From NCBI GenBank assembly GCA_013265495.1, contig MU058213.1:3100001-3164000 (forward strand): 64,000 nt of DNA, given 5' to 3'. The stretch is from Vicugna vicugna (taxonomy: Eukaryota). Position numbers and translations under genes: made by a program. The notes under the pieces were generated by a model that was not told where the DNA came from, did not search any database, and saw only the letters and a list, made by a program, of their open reading frames with translations. Below, piece after piece: positions 1 through 13,899 of the stretch. The stretch's first letter is position 1. Every line of letters starts with the position of its first letter.

Positions 1-1686
1 TAACGGAATCATTCCATCTCTCAGCAGAAAATCATTCCAATCCACAGCAAACTGCAATCCCAAACCCATCCTGCAGTCCCATATGTGGCTGTCTCACCAC
101 TGCTGACCACTGCAAGGTGAAGACAACTTAATGATGTTTCAGCTGCTGGCAGGTCTTCATATAGAACCATCTTCATATTAAAAATGATTTTTCTTTCTTA
201 TTTTTGTTACTCAAGTCTTGAGTGGTATTTCTGGGGCCTGTTCTTCAGATTAAAAAAAAATACTCCACTCTCCAATTACAGAAATAACAAATTATTTTTA
301 TGTTGGCACTTTAGAGAAGGAAGGGAATCAGTAAAAATACACAGTGCAGAATCTGGGGCACCAAATCACATTTTGCGCACACAATTTCCAGCAAGTACTC
401 TAGCCTATTGATGGATGGGAAGCCAGTCCATCAAGGCTTCCCAACTGCATTGCTTTTGCTAAAAATAGCTCAGATGCCCACATCAAGCACTTTACATACA
501 TTAGTGCAACAATCCTTGTCACAGCCCTAAAGGCAGGTGGTAACACACATCACACCCACTTCCTCGCTTGCAAGGATCTTGGTGACATTCTTTCATAGAT
601 GCCATAATGAGAGGATGAGTATGTGGGTCTTGGGCTGTCTATTCACATGTTAAGGGCTCAATTCCAACATATTGAGGGAGAGCAAAAAGTGGAGGTGAAG
701 AACATGGACTCTAGAACCAAACCAAATCACCTAGATGTGAATCTAGTCATGCCACTTTAAAAAATTTAATGTCTTTTGCCTCAGGTTCCCCATCACAACA
801 CTGGGAATGACATCTGATTTTATGAATACTATCATGCATGTGCTTTCTTGTTTTAGCTTCTTTATAATTAGGGTGCATCTTACACTTCATAGTCTTACAA
901 CCCCAGGACATCTTGCAATTGTTACTTTAAAAGGTGGCTCTGAAGATACAGTTGTGTGAAAACCTTTCATTAGCATCTTCTGGCAAGATCAAGAATGCAC
1001 CATCCACATATTTTAGAATTGATGAAACACAAAAGCAAACCTATCTTAGAGGGCTGTTGTGAGGACTAAGTCAGTGTATACAGAGCAAGTTTAGAGCACA
1101 TGGTAAGTCCTGTATATGGTGTCCGGCACATGGTAAGTCCTGTATATGTATTGGCTGCTATTAGCATCACCATCTAGCAGTCTAGTTCCAAAGGGTCAAT
1201 GTGCAGGTGACAGTCCTTTCTTTCCTAGAACTTTAAGAAAGAACTGAATCCCTAAACTAAACATAAGATTTCAAAAACAAGGGTCTATGGAGAGCACTTG
1301 AACCTAAGTTCACTTCTTTAAACGCTGAAAGGAAGCAGCGTCTAAATCCATCAAGGAAATGTTTTCCAAAAAAGTCAAGAATGCCAACAATTTGGGACAG
1401 GCAGAAGATTGTCTTATTCAGCTCACTTCTACCTCTCCTCCTTACACAAATATTTTTTCAAAGTGCTCTCCACCCTTACTCTCATCAGGTTAACAATAGA
1501 AAACAAGGAACACCCACTTCCTCAACACGTACTATGTGGTGATAATTGCCTGGTGAGAGAAAATCAATGACCTTCTTTCCTACTTAAAAAATAAAATATA
1601 TTTTCATTGTTTTCCAGGGAATAAAGAAGAAAGTGGTTTTAGTTATGAGCAAAAGGGAAAGATATCTCTTTCCCTTTCTCTCTCAT

Positions 1687-1690
<4 letters not shown>

Positions 1691-1716
<26 letters not shown>
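1691..1716. repeat. (AC)n microsatellite
   Basis: About 13 perfect AC units. Confidence 0.95.
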
Positions 1717-1717
<1 letters not shown>

Positions 1718-3611
1718 TAAACCCCACAGCCCAAATTCTCCACAAATCTTCCTATTAAAGTCAGTCATACATTCTAACCTTAGGCTCTCCTATCCTTAAG
1801 CAGAATCATTCTAAAACTACTCCAGATAAGCCAGTCAGTTCTTGAAAGCCAAAATTTCCCTCCATCACCCATATTTAGGACAGAGAATAAAAATAGGGGG
1901 AGGGACAATCATACTCAAACAATTACCATGTGCCACAAATGGTAATAGACATGCATGACTTTATTTTATCATCCTTAAGGGGAACTTAATGTCTATATAA
2001 GACTTATATAAAGGGTGATGTTTTCTTAATGTGATAGCATGCAGGTTTGGGTTCAAATTCTGACTCTTCTTGATGTGACCTGATCCAAGTTCTTCAAACT
2101 AAGTCTCCATTTTTTTCAACTGTAAAGTAGAGATGACATTACTAACCTCACTGGGTTACTTTAAGGGTTAAGTGGCATAATCCACAGAATGTTTTAGCAC
2201 ATTACTTGGTTTGTGTTGAGTTCAATAACTGAAACTTTTCTTTAGCAATACTGTTACTGAAGTACAGCCTCATTAAGTTCTTATTAGGCAAGGCATGTAA
2301 TTTTATAACCTATTCCTCATGAAACCAGTACTGGAAGCTTTGGAAAAACTACAGAAAGAAATTCAACTTAGGTGCAATCACTGATGAGGTCTCTATCACA
2401 AAAGCCACCTTGGCATCCCAGCCTAACAGTGAGCTTTAACAGGGAGACTTTTGGCAATTTCAGAGCTAGTGTTCATCATCAGAGCATTTATAATGCACCA
2501 AGATCTCAGTAGATTCAAGCTGTATTTACTAAAAGAGCCCGGCTACCACTGTCTTAGATCACTGCAATTGCCATACCCTGAAGTGAAACAAATTTACTCT
2601 CACTGCAAAAGCAAGATGTGGACAGCCCAGTAGTAGGGCTCCCCATCTCCACAAGAGGAGACAGCCCCTGCCCTCTGTGCATGTGAGCTTCCTCTTCTCA
2701 ATTTCTGCTCCAGGTGTGAGTAGGTAGGTTTCTGCCCCCCACTGAATAAGTTGAGAGTGGAATAGATGAGATTGTAAATATAGAGCTTATCTTGTTTCTG
2801 CAAAGATCTTAGGCAGCAAGCAGTAGAAATGTAATGGCTTTGAAAAATAGAAGGAAATTGGAATCTGCTTCTTCCTTGTCTCCTGAGTGAAAGATGAGTT
2901 TGATTTTATCCAAACGCAGAATATTCGATTTTAACTGCATTAGATATTCACCTATAACCTATGATTCATAAATGCGTTCCTATCAATACAGTGTTTCATA
3001 GTAATATCATAGATCCATCCTTAATAGGGAGAAGAGAGGTACCAGGTTAAAAACTGACAGAACCTAAATCAACATATCATTTGGCTTTGTATTTATAAAC
3101 ATGCCTGTTATGTAGGAATATTCCATTTTCCCCACTGAAACAAAGTGAGAACACTAACTTCTAGCAGCAAGTTACTGAGAGAAAAACTAAAATGATCTAA
3201 AAAAAAACCTGTTGAACCAGATATACATTTCCAAATGCTGTCAGGACATCCAAATATATCATTTGCAAAAGCATCCTTCAGACATTTGCACTTCTTTATA
3301 AGCACTGAAGAGAAAGACCAGGAGATGACCTACCATTTCTGAAATGTTACCATCATTTCAGTAGGTGCCTAATGTAAGCCAGTAAACAAATAACACACGC
3401 AACTACACATTAAGAAATAAGGGGGCACTGAAATGATTCTTGAAAGTAGAAAATGTTCTGGAAGACCACTGTCAATGACTTAAATGAGATACTGGTCCTC
3501 TTTTTTTTTTTTTTTAAGTTACAGAGATCATTGATTCATTTACACAAAAGACATTATTTGTTGCCCATGCCTTTTTTTAGCATAAGAATATGAATGTTTA
3601 TAGAAATTTAT

Positions 3612-3706
3612 GGGGGGTGGGTATAGCTCAGTGGTAGAGCACATGCTCAGCATGCTTGAGGTTTTGTTTGGGTTCAATTCCCAGTACCTCCATTTAAAAA
3701 AAAAAT
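3612..3706 (+). mobile_element. tRNA-derived SINE (camelid Vic-1-like)
   Basis: A box TAGCTCAGTGG, B box GGTTCAATTCC, A-tail, flanking direct repeat AAATTTATGG. Confidence 0.85.
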
Positions 3707-4156
3707 AAATTTATGGAAAGTAAACTCTGGGTATTATATTACTTACAGTTTGTAACAAGTACATCTTGTTTTATAGACATAGGATTAAAGGCATGCTACA
3801 GAATACATCATGTGTAAAATGCCGGCAATACAGTGGCAACAGGAGTGGCTGTTTGGTTTGCTGAGTAATATCTCAAACAAGACGAAAGTAGCTCCATAAC
3901 GGCCACAACCATATGGCGTTGCAATGGAACGTCCAACTCATGGCTAAACGTGCTTCTTAATGACACCATGAAGCAGAGAAGTCTCCAAGAAGTCGACAGA
4001 AGTGCAAAATCCCTAAAATTTACTCCCATGCAGCGGTTGTTTTTTGTGAGCACACAGAAGACAGCAAAACACAGGTGTTAGAGTCAGGGTCTCCTAAATT
4101 CAGACAGGACACTGCTATCAACCTGTGTCAAGTGAGTAGCAAAATGCATGACAGAA

Positions 4157-4290
4157 GGGGACAGAGCATAGCTCAGTGGTAGAATGCCATGCTTAGCATG
4201 CACAAGGTCATGGGTTCGATTCCCAGGACCTCTGTTAAAATAAAATAATAATAATAATAATTAAATAAGCCCAATTACCTACCCCCCAAA
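4157..4290 (+). mobile_element. tRNA-derived SINE, same family
   Basis: ATAGCTCAGTGGTAGA...GGTTCGATTCCCAG head, (AAT)n linker, CCAATTACC tail. Confidence 0.85.
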
Positions 4291-5116
4291 GAGGCATGAT
4301 TGAGATCAATATGTCATGGCTGTTCTTATGACTACAACAGACTGAGGCTGGAACTCAGATCTTATAGCTTTAAGGCACATGCTTTTCCCACTATACTTTA
4401 AGAGGGACACTGAATTAATAACGCTCTCAACAAACAGAGTAAAAATATTTTCCAAAAATGGGAAAGGAGGAGTGATTTAAGCTACCTGAAAGAGACCACT
4501 AATTAATAGGGGGGATTGTGCTATTAAGGAGTTCTGAAAAAATGGAAATAAAGAGCTGTTGGCTATGTCAGAGTGCCACCAAACTCCTGTGCCCAAGACT
4601 CAAACGTGGAAATATTAGGGGGGACAGTGTTGCTACTGCAGCCAGGACTGCAAGGATTACAAAATCAAGTAGCACTTGAAGAACTTGAAATTGAAAAGTG
4701 CATTTCCCAGGTTGCAAAACACAGAACAGCTTCCATTTATGACCTAGAAGTGGAGCCACAGATTCTGGCAAGCCTAGTCCTTCCAGAACATGGAAGGATT
4801 GAAAGGCCTTTGTCCACCTCACCCTGGCTGTCCTCTTGCATCTCACCTGCCTCAAAGTATTACATAAGCTGCAACACAGGAAAGACGTTAATATCTTAGG
4901 GGAAATGACCAAATCAAGAAGAGAACAACTTCACTTTGTGAAGGAGGAACGATGCTTCTTTCCTTCCTAAAAGAAATTTGGAAAGAAAAAGAAATTATGA
5001 GTTAAAAGAATCAAGACCTGTTGAGACTGACTGTCCAAATAATAAAAACAATTCGATGAAGATCCCTGTGTTGGCAGTAACTGGGGAAGAAAGAGAAGGG
5101 CTCCTTTATCACTGTC

Positions 5117-5202
5117 TTTTTTTAAATGGAGGTGCTGAGGGTTGAAGCCAGAACCTTGAGCATGCTAAGCACACACTCTGCCACTAAGCTATACCTGCCC
5201 CC
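5117..5202 (-). mobile_element. tRNA-derived SINE, same family
   Basis: Reverse-complement head, with imperfect TSD ATCACTGTCTTTT / ATCATTGCCTTTT. Confidence 0.8.
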
Positions 5203-8200
5203 TACATCATTGCCTTTTATAAAAAACTAGGATGAGTGCTCTATAGTTATTCACCCCATAGAGAAATTGTGTCCAGAACAGAGCACCACCCTACCTTTCC
5301 AGACCTAACTATTTGCATACCAGGAGAATATTTTCACTGTTGTTGTGTAAGGGTTATTTTTACAGCGTACAGTAAAAAAAGAAAAAAAAAGTCATTTCCC
5401 TGACTTCTTAAACAAAGGGCACAGGTCGTACCTCAACTTTTCTGTGATGAGCTCTGCTGTAACTGCATACGTGCAGGAACTACGAATGGTGAGGGCTCCC
5501 ATCCCACGTGCCCCACTGGAAGGCGAAGAAGCAGCACCAGTTTGGCACACGGACCCTTACAGAGGCTCAGACGCACCAGACACAGCTTCCCTTCTCTGTC
5601 GTCCTGCCTGCCCCGTGGCCTCCCCCTCGCTGACTACAGCAGAGCACAGCATTCTCCACCCCCAGGAACACGCTCCTCAGGAACAGGCTGGCGTACAAAA
5701 GCACACGGGATTCCATGTCTTCACAGCGGGTTTTCTTTTCCATAGTCTCACATCCACCCCACAACACCCCCATGTTGGGTTCTAACGGCCCCACTTCTAA
5801 CCATTATCCTGAGTCACAGCCTCTCGACTCTCTTTTTCCTTTCCTGGCTTTCTTGTCCCTCATCTCCAGCAACTCTCCCCAAACTCCAGTTTGTGGGTGC
5901 AAAAACCGACCTTACGCTACCACCACTAGTCAGTGAACACGTGCTTTCCTTTTCCAACGCGCAGTGAGCTGCTATGTCAATTTCAAGGTATTGGTCCCTC
6001 CTCCATGAGCTCATGTGCTGCTCTGTCTTCAGGGCTTTTCCAATACAGAAAGGAGTTTCGCCCCAGCTCAGTGTGGGGGTGGAACGATCTTAGAAACCCA
6101 AGTGCTTCTCACCTGGGCCAGATTTTGTTTTACCTTATATATTGATGAAAAGGCAGCCTACTGATAAAAGCTGCTCATGAGTTTAAGACACTAGTATCTG
6201 TAAATATTCCACCATATATCAACTTAGTTCTTTTAAAAACAATCAAATAGCCTCAGAAAATCAAACTAGTTCCCGACGTTTAGCAGCACTAAACAACAGA
6301 AGGAGGACTCTCAGCCCCTCTGGTGCCAATAAGCCCTCAACAGCCAGCTATCGGTCCTTCTGGTCCTGGTCAGGTCTACCCTCTCCGTTACTATACTTAC
6401 AACACACGTTTAACTGCTCCCTAAACATCATATTCTTTAATGCCTGAATCAAAAAGAAAGAAAAGAAACTCACCTAATGGCCAAAGTCTAATCAGATACA
6501 CTTCTTGTTGATTCCCAAGAAGTCTTTCCTTGTCCCACCTATTCGTATGCCTTCTTAGCTGGGACTGTTTGCACTTCTATCAACAGCTGTTTAAAGAATA
6601 GGGTGTGCCTTGGGTTTACTTATGCAAAAGATACTAAGGTGTCTGCAGCCATCCAGCCTAGCTCTACATTAGCCTGTCAGACCACAGTTGGCTTTTTTGG
6701 TGACTGTCACTGACGTTGTTGGTGTTTTCTAATGCTATTACATTGGGGTCAGTAAAAGTGGGCTGCCCATCATCAAACTGGGGGTGGCGGGGAGGTTGTT
6801 AAAGATGAGTGAGGTTTTATGAAAGTCCCGTCAGTGTGTGAAAAGGATCTGTATTCCCTGTTTGTTGGACGTAGAATTCCATCAGTACTCATTCAAGCTA
6901 GTTAGTTGTGTTTTTCGATCTGGTATGTTCTTCATTTATGTTTTGCTCATTTATGTTTTCCTGCTTCACCTGTTTGGTTCTGAGAAAGGGATGTTAAAAA
7001 ACTGGAAAAAATATATTTTTAGAAAATAAGCACAAGGCAGCATTTTAAAGGAGATGACGATAACACATCACCAAGGAACAAGGCACTGCGGTCCTTACTA
7101 GAGAAGCACCGAGTCTGTGGAACCCCAGGCCCCATGGAGGTACTTTAAGAGTACTTTATTCAAATGTCCTTTTCCTCTTTACTGTTATTTTTTCAACTGG
7201 AATAAAAACTTTCAGTCGAATGGTTATATACTAGATTTACAGACCTCCAAATTGTTCACTTAGGCTGCTTGGCTAAGTTATTTGCTTCTGTCTTTAGTGC
7301 ATACATATTATTTGAAATTCTTATACATGTGTCATTAATCGAGAAGGCTGTAATTTGCACTAGCCTTTCCTCATTTCCTTTCTCTCTCTCTCTCTTTTTT
7401 TTTTTTTTTTTTTTTTTTTACATATGCAAGCCACACTCTGTAAATGACAGTAAGGCTCAGGCACATCTCTTCAGCACATGTTGCCCTTCACCCTGTTAGG
7501 ACAGTCAGCTGAGCAATAACGAATGAGCACAGCATGCTGCGTCGTAACATTTTACTACAGATCACTGGCGAGATGACTTTGTGTTTAGGGAGCTTCTTGT
7601 CTGACTGAAAGCTATTCTAAGTTTGGGTCACTTCTCCCATAGCAGACCAGTGTCTTCACAGTCCGTTGGATATTCTTGCATAAGGTCTCAGAAAACCCAC
7701 GTAATATCATTGCAGCAAATCTTTCATTCCCTCAGAAAACTGTTCTGGTCCAGCTGGTGGCAAACTTTCTTTAGCAAGTTTCTTCAAATGAAATCTTACA
7801 TGGCACTCTAACATATAAAACAGATGAAGGTAGAACCATTGTGACAAAAGAAATGAAGACTCCACCTCCAAGGCCTGTGGGCCCAACAAGGACCTAATAA
7901 GAGGTCCATTGTACACACATGGAAAACAAACACAGAAAGCTCGACCTCAAATGGCTCTGAATAATCTCATCTGCCTTCAACTTCGTACACAACGCTTCCT
8001 GTCCACCTAAACACCTCCAACTGACAACTCATCTATAAGACCTGCTGGGTTTTTTTATTCAGCATCTCCTAAAGAGGCCATCTCTCAAATCTCCCCCACT
8101 GAACCACAACCTTAGGACTCTTCTTATCCGGGAGTGAAAATCTGGAGTGTACTGGGTGACCCTGGTGAGAACTTCAAGAAGGGCTACATGGAACTTCAGA

Positions 8201-8689
8201 GAATAAGTCTCTAGGACAAGTCTGGAAGACAGCAATCATTGGGTTACTCAAATGGAAAGAAGAGCTATGGGTTCAAGGCTGAACAGTCCCGGGAAAATCT
8301 AGACCAAATTGGCCAGAAGTGAACTAAGGGGCAGCATCCCCCTTGGGACAGAAAACCCATGTCCTTGAAAATGGGAACCGTTGGGAGGATGTCTGTAACC
8401 AGCTACACTGGTGATCCTTTCCCAAAGGGCATCAGGAAATACATCCAGCTTGGTCATGATGGCCTCAACAACCTATGCTTGGGGGCAACCCTCAAAAGTC
8501 AAGATATGCTTTGAAGAACACAATGAAATGTTGATATAGCAAATTTAAAATAAATGAGAATATATTATTTTGTGCTATAGCAGAAGCCACTTTATACTAA
8601 ATTATAGTATTATTATTTATATTATTATTATTATTATTATTAGTTCTAAATATTTAATAATTTTCATTGTGATCTTACCTTTTACCCAT

Positions 8690-9030
8690 AGGTTATTTAG
8701 AATCAAAGTGCTTAATGTTCAAACATTTGGGGAATTTTTCTCGTTTTATTCTTATTATTGACTTAGCTAAGTTGTCGTGACTAGAGAACACTTTCTGCAA
8801 GATTTCAGTTCATTGAAACTTGTTGAAACTTATCTCATGGCCAAACATATGGTCAGTTTTTCCAAATGTCTCATGTATTCTGCAGATGTTGGGTACAGTG
8901 CTTTATGTATATTAATTAGGTCAGCTTTGCTGATACTGTTTTTTCATATGTTCTAAGCCCTTTCTATTCTATTAAAATCTTCTTGTTCTAGCAATACTGA
9001 GATAGGGTGTATTAAAATTTCCAGCTATCC
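8690..9030 (-). mobile_element. Old L1 ORF2 fragment
   Basis: Typical antisense L1 phrases (TTGTTGAAACTT...ATGGCC...ATATGGTC; GTATTAAAATTTCCAGCTAT). Confidence 0.6.
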
Positions 9031-12000
9031 AAAAATAAATAAACAAATTATAGCACGGAATTACATAAAGAGGCATGGTTTTTAAAAATATATATACTGA
9101 TGGGAGAAAAACTTAAAATTTTCCTAACGTGACATTTTCCTGTCAACTCAGAAGAAATTTCAAGTGATATATTTTCTCCACCCCTTGTTCCAGCTAATGG
9201 CTATGTCACGAGGAATGGTCTTCAGGATAGCACTGCTACTTAGAACCATTAGAAAGTTCCAGGGAAGGAGGGAAGGGTGTGGGGAAGGCAGGAACAGAGC
9301 AATCCCTAGTGTTCCTCACCAGAGCAGGCAGCCTCCCATGAAGGTGGCACAGAATCAACTTCAGGCCAGAAGGGGTAAATACAAATGAAGGTCCCAGACA
9401 GATGGTCAAAGTCACATCAAAGTCAAACACGAACAAAACTAAGGAGCAAATCAAAAAGAGGAGACGTGGCTTATGGATTTGAGGAATTCAGGGGGACTAC
9501 CATGGAGACCACTTAGGTCAAGGGAGCCAGTAGGACCACTACCTAGAAAAGACCCAGGTAGTTGTCACTTTATCAAGAGCCAGAGAGATTCTTACCCTCC
9601 AAGTCAGGGCAATTTATTCCATCTACTTCCTCTCTCTCCTCTGCTGAGCCCATTCAATTCCAAAGGCTTTCTAATTGATCCAACCAGGTTCCTTCGCTAA
9701 TCATCCTCCACCTGCCCTGGGCAGATGGAAAGTCAAGCATCCAGGTTAAAACTTGGCTCCCAAAGCCATACTGTCTTTGTCATCAGCCTAGCCTGGGATA
9801 AGGACACCTAGGAGAACCAAGCTCATATTTTTTTAACGCATCTCTGAGAAAGATATTTGAAGGCAGGAGGCTAAGAATATAGGGACTAAAGTCAGTAAGC
9901 AGGACAGAAAGCTCCTACAGGGCCTTGCTAAAAAGCAGTGAATAAAGAAACCTCAACAAAGATTTACTGACACAAAATAGAGGAAACTATGCATCAGCAA
10001 GAGAACAAGCCAAGAAGGAAAAGAAATTATAGACAAGAGGAGCACAAAGCCCAAGGAAGGAACACCATGAAGATGTAAATATTCATGTGTTTCTAAGAAA
10101 TTGATATAAGTCACAACTTTAGAAATTTTGTTTGAGGGTTTGGAGGTAACTGAAGAAACATGTGATATTATACTTCATTTTAATGAGATCTGTAGATGAA
10201 AGACGTGACTGTAAAGTAGTAGAAAAGATTTTATAAGCCATATATGAAAGTCTTCCTCATAATTCCATAATCATGTTTTAGTAAGCCCAGTTTTTAAAGT
10301 ACAAAGTTAACCTCCACATACCAAGAAATTTGACTGCAGAAGTTTGTTAAGTTCAATGTTTTGACCTCAGGAATTGTCTTTCCATTAAAAAAAATATATG
10401 TTATCCATGTTTAACTGATACGTAGATTTTTAATGTAGAATTTTCCTATATGTATTTGCACATCACATAAAAATACAACTGCTATTTAGCTATCAAATAT
10501 TAAAAAATAACCCAAAACTTCTTATGATATTAATCAATTTTCCCAGAAATGAGATATCACCTTAAAAACTCATATGAATGTCTAAGAAAAGCTTTTCCAT
10601 ATTTACATTTTTTGGAACATTTTAGAGAGAACATGATAAGGAAAATGAGTTGTTCTGCATAGAAATTACAATGTTTAATTTGAAATAAGTTCCCTTAATT
10701 ACTGGTACCTCTAAGCAGTAGAGATACATAAAGCTTTAGTTCTTACCAAGGTAGTTTTAAACTAAACATTTCTGACGCAGGAAGGGGCAGATTTAAGTTC
10801 TACTGCTTCTAAGCTAAAAGCTCTTGATCTTACAGTCTCTGTAGGAGACAGACGCTCACAAAGAACACGTGCAGGCTTCTGTTGGGAACCTGGACATTTT
10901 GCACATGCATTCTAGTGTAAGAAGTTTTACATTTTGTTCAGAAGCAAAATGTTTATGAACTCAGGAGATGCAGTGTGATTTTCCAAACCAAGATCTGTTT
11001 TCTTATGACCCTTTGGAAAAAGGCAGAGTTGGAAATATGGCTTAGTTGCAAAAACCTCTGGAATTTTTGAAGCCTTTTCACTCATTTATAGGGCAAATGC
11101 ACAAAAATATGTGAAATGAGGCAGTACCAGAAAAGCCATGGAGCTGGCCAACACAACACACCTCCATGCACAGAGGACGCATGCAATTATTTGAGTTCCT
11201 TTCACTTCTGACCATCAGGACTCAGGACTGAGACCCCACTGATCACCAAAGGAGAGAAAGGGGAAAGGAAGTTGTTTCAATGGAAACATCCTCACCTACT
11301 TGGGTTCCTCTTCTCACAGCCCCAGTAATTGACAGAATGACCACGAATTAAGCCGAAGGCATCTCTGCCCACTGCACTCTCACCCTGGAGACCAGCCCTC
11401 ATAAGCCACTTCAGGCTCTGGATAGTCTTTCAACCACCGTCTTCTCAGTGTGTATGAGTGCTTCACCTTGGTGAACTAGTACGGGTATTATGCTACTTCT
11501 GAGTACTCCTCTCCCATCTCTCATCTCCTGGGTAAGTTGGCAGGTTTCCTAGACTGCCTTCTTGTGTGTTGCCTCCCCACCACCCCGCACCACTGGACGG
11601 ACAACAGGCCAGCTGTCAGTCAACTGCTAATTGTGTCTACCATCTGGCTTTCTCTAACAGCCTCTTCCTTCCTCTATTTCCTTTTGTTCCCTGCTGATTT
11701 CATTCAGGAATGACTCAAAGTGTCTGGGAGCTCCACTGATAACTGCTCTTTTTTGGTTAAGTTGTATTTGAGTTCTATTCAACAGTATTTGATAAGCAAT
11801 TTCTCCACGCCCAGTACTGTGTGGCAATTATAAATGGCACAAAAGAAATATGTGATCCAGCCACTCCCCTCAGGAAGCTGGTATTCGGGAAGAGGAGACA
11901 AAATGAACTCATTTTCAACAAAGGACAAATGAGACAAGATAATCCGGAAGCAGAATGTCACCCAGCACAGGAGATCAAAAGTGAAATGGGCTTGAAGTCA

Positions 12001-13899
12001 GAACACAAGAACTCTGCTACTTACTTCCTTGCTGTGTGATCTATGGCAAGTCATGCCACCACTCCCTGCCTGTTGCTGCATTATGGAAGCATTTATCGAG
12101 CAATATCGTTAAGAGGATTAAAGACCCAGAGAGGTCAGAAACAGGACACAATCTGAACCAGCACATGGGCCGAACACCTTCAAAGTCAGCAAGAATTTAG
12201 CTAAATGGTGAGGAGTCAGAAAGATAGCAGGTTTGGTGAAAGAGTATGTTTTGGCTTCCATTCAAGTATTGAGAAGCCTTGTTATTACTTCAAAGGCTAC
12301 AAATGTGAATAATTCTTCCCCTCAAAATTTGCAATCACAGAACATGACAAATACACAAATAACTATAAAATTGGCTATAAAGTCAAAGGAATGCTTAGGA
12401 GGTAATGCAGCAAGTTGAAGACGGCTGGGCGACCAGCCCATCAGTGTGCTGGGTACTAGTTCCAGCCCTGCTTCATCTGTGTGTGATCCAGCATGGGTAC
12501 CCACCCTCTCTGGCCTCATTTTCCTACACTTGAGACAAGAAAGAGGTCTGAACTCAATGGTCTTCACCCTCCACAAACACTTTATACTCCATGATTCTAG
12601 GTTCAAAGTCCAGAGTTTAGTGATGAGAAATCTAAATGGGGTCATGGTGGCAGCCGTCCTCTGTAACACCTCACTTCTTAGAGATGAGAGCCTAGACATG
12701 GGAATCAGATGGAAAGGATCCAAGAGACATGAGTTTTAAAAATAATAGTAGTGCCTCACTGACTAGAAGGGGAAGTAGCACAGAGAAAGTACTTCAAAGA
12801 ATGAAGCTGGGTAACCAACACAGCAAAACGGTGATTCTGGAAACAGGACATTTGAAGTAGGGGAAGGGAGAAAGTTGGAGAGGGCATAAGGCTTTTGTGG
12901 GTGGGTACCAGATTTTTGGAGGGGATAGATGATGAGACTGGGCTGGGACGGGTTGAGTGGTAGGGGTCAACAAAGCCACATCACAGAGAAATGCTTAAAA
13001 ACCATTCCCATTCCCTAGGGTCCCACGTTTATCTCTGTCCTTGGGACAGAGGCAGAGGCGCCAACATTGAAAGGTCCTGAAAGAAGGCTATGAATGTACA
13101 AACCACAGAAGAGGGGACACCCAAAACGAAGGATCACTGGTGTTCTCACTCAAACTCAGTTACACGGGACATAATGGGCAGTCCCTGCTGTCCTGATGAA
13201 ACTTCATTTACAGACATCATTCCTCTGTTGTAAGATACATTATCTGGCAGCAAGTAAAGGGAAATGTCAGTGAAGACAGCTGGGTATCTCTTTGCCTCCA
13301 CACCATTCTCTTCTTTGGGGAGCCTTTACTAGGGAATTGATTCACTCAAAACTTAGACCTCACATTCAAAACATCACCATACACCACCCATGTGACTACA
13401 TGTTAATAAAAATACTTCCTGGCCAGGAGTATATCATTTTCCTTCAGCCTTGTCCTCAGCCTCTCTTACTTGGCTCAAAATAACGACTACTTTTACTACT
13501 GATGTTAAGAAATGACAAGCCAAAACCCTTCTCTAATCACTTAATGCTTGTGGGTTTTCAGAAGAGAATCAGTTTAACTAAACCATGTCCCCCATGTTTT
13601 TGTTCTCACTCAAAATAAAACAATACTTTTTATAAATACGCATGTGCCCCATCTCCTAATACATGCCAGCAAGAGCTTCTCCAGGAAATTGCTTCCTAAC
13701 CCTTTTCATGCTATTTGTGTTACAAACTTGGTCAAATGCTCATGATGGAAGACAACAGATTTGGGAACTCCAGCAATGCCAGGGCCTGCCCAGCCACCCT
13801 GAGAGAAGAAGGGTTCAGTATCTCAACACATCTGAATCAACTAAGGGAACACCAAAGGAGACTCTGATCCAGGGTAGAGGCCAAAGAGCAAAATTCCTG

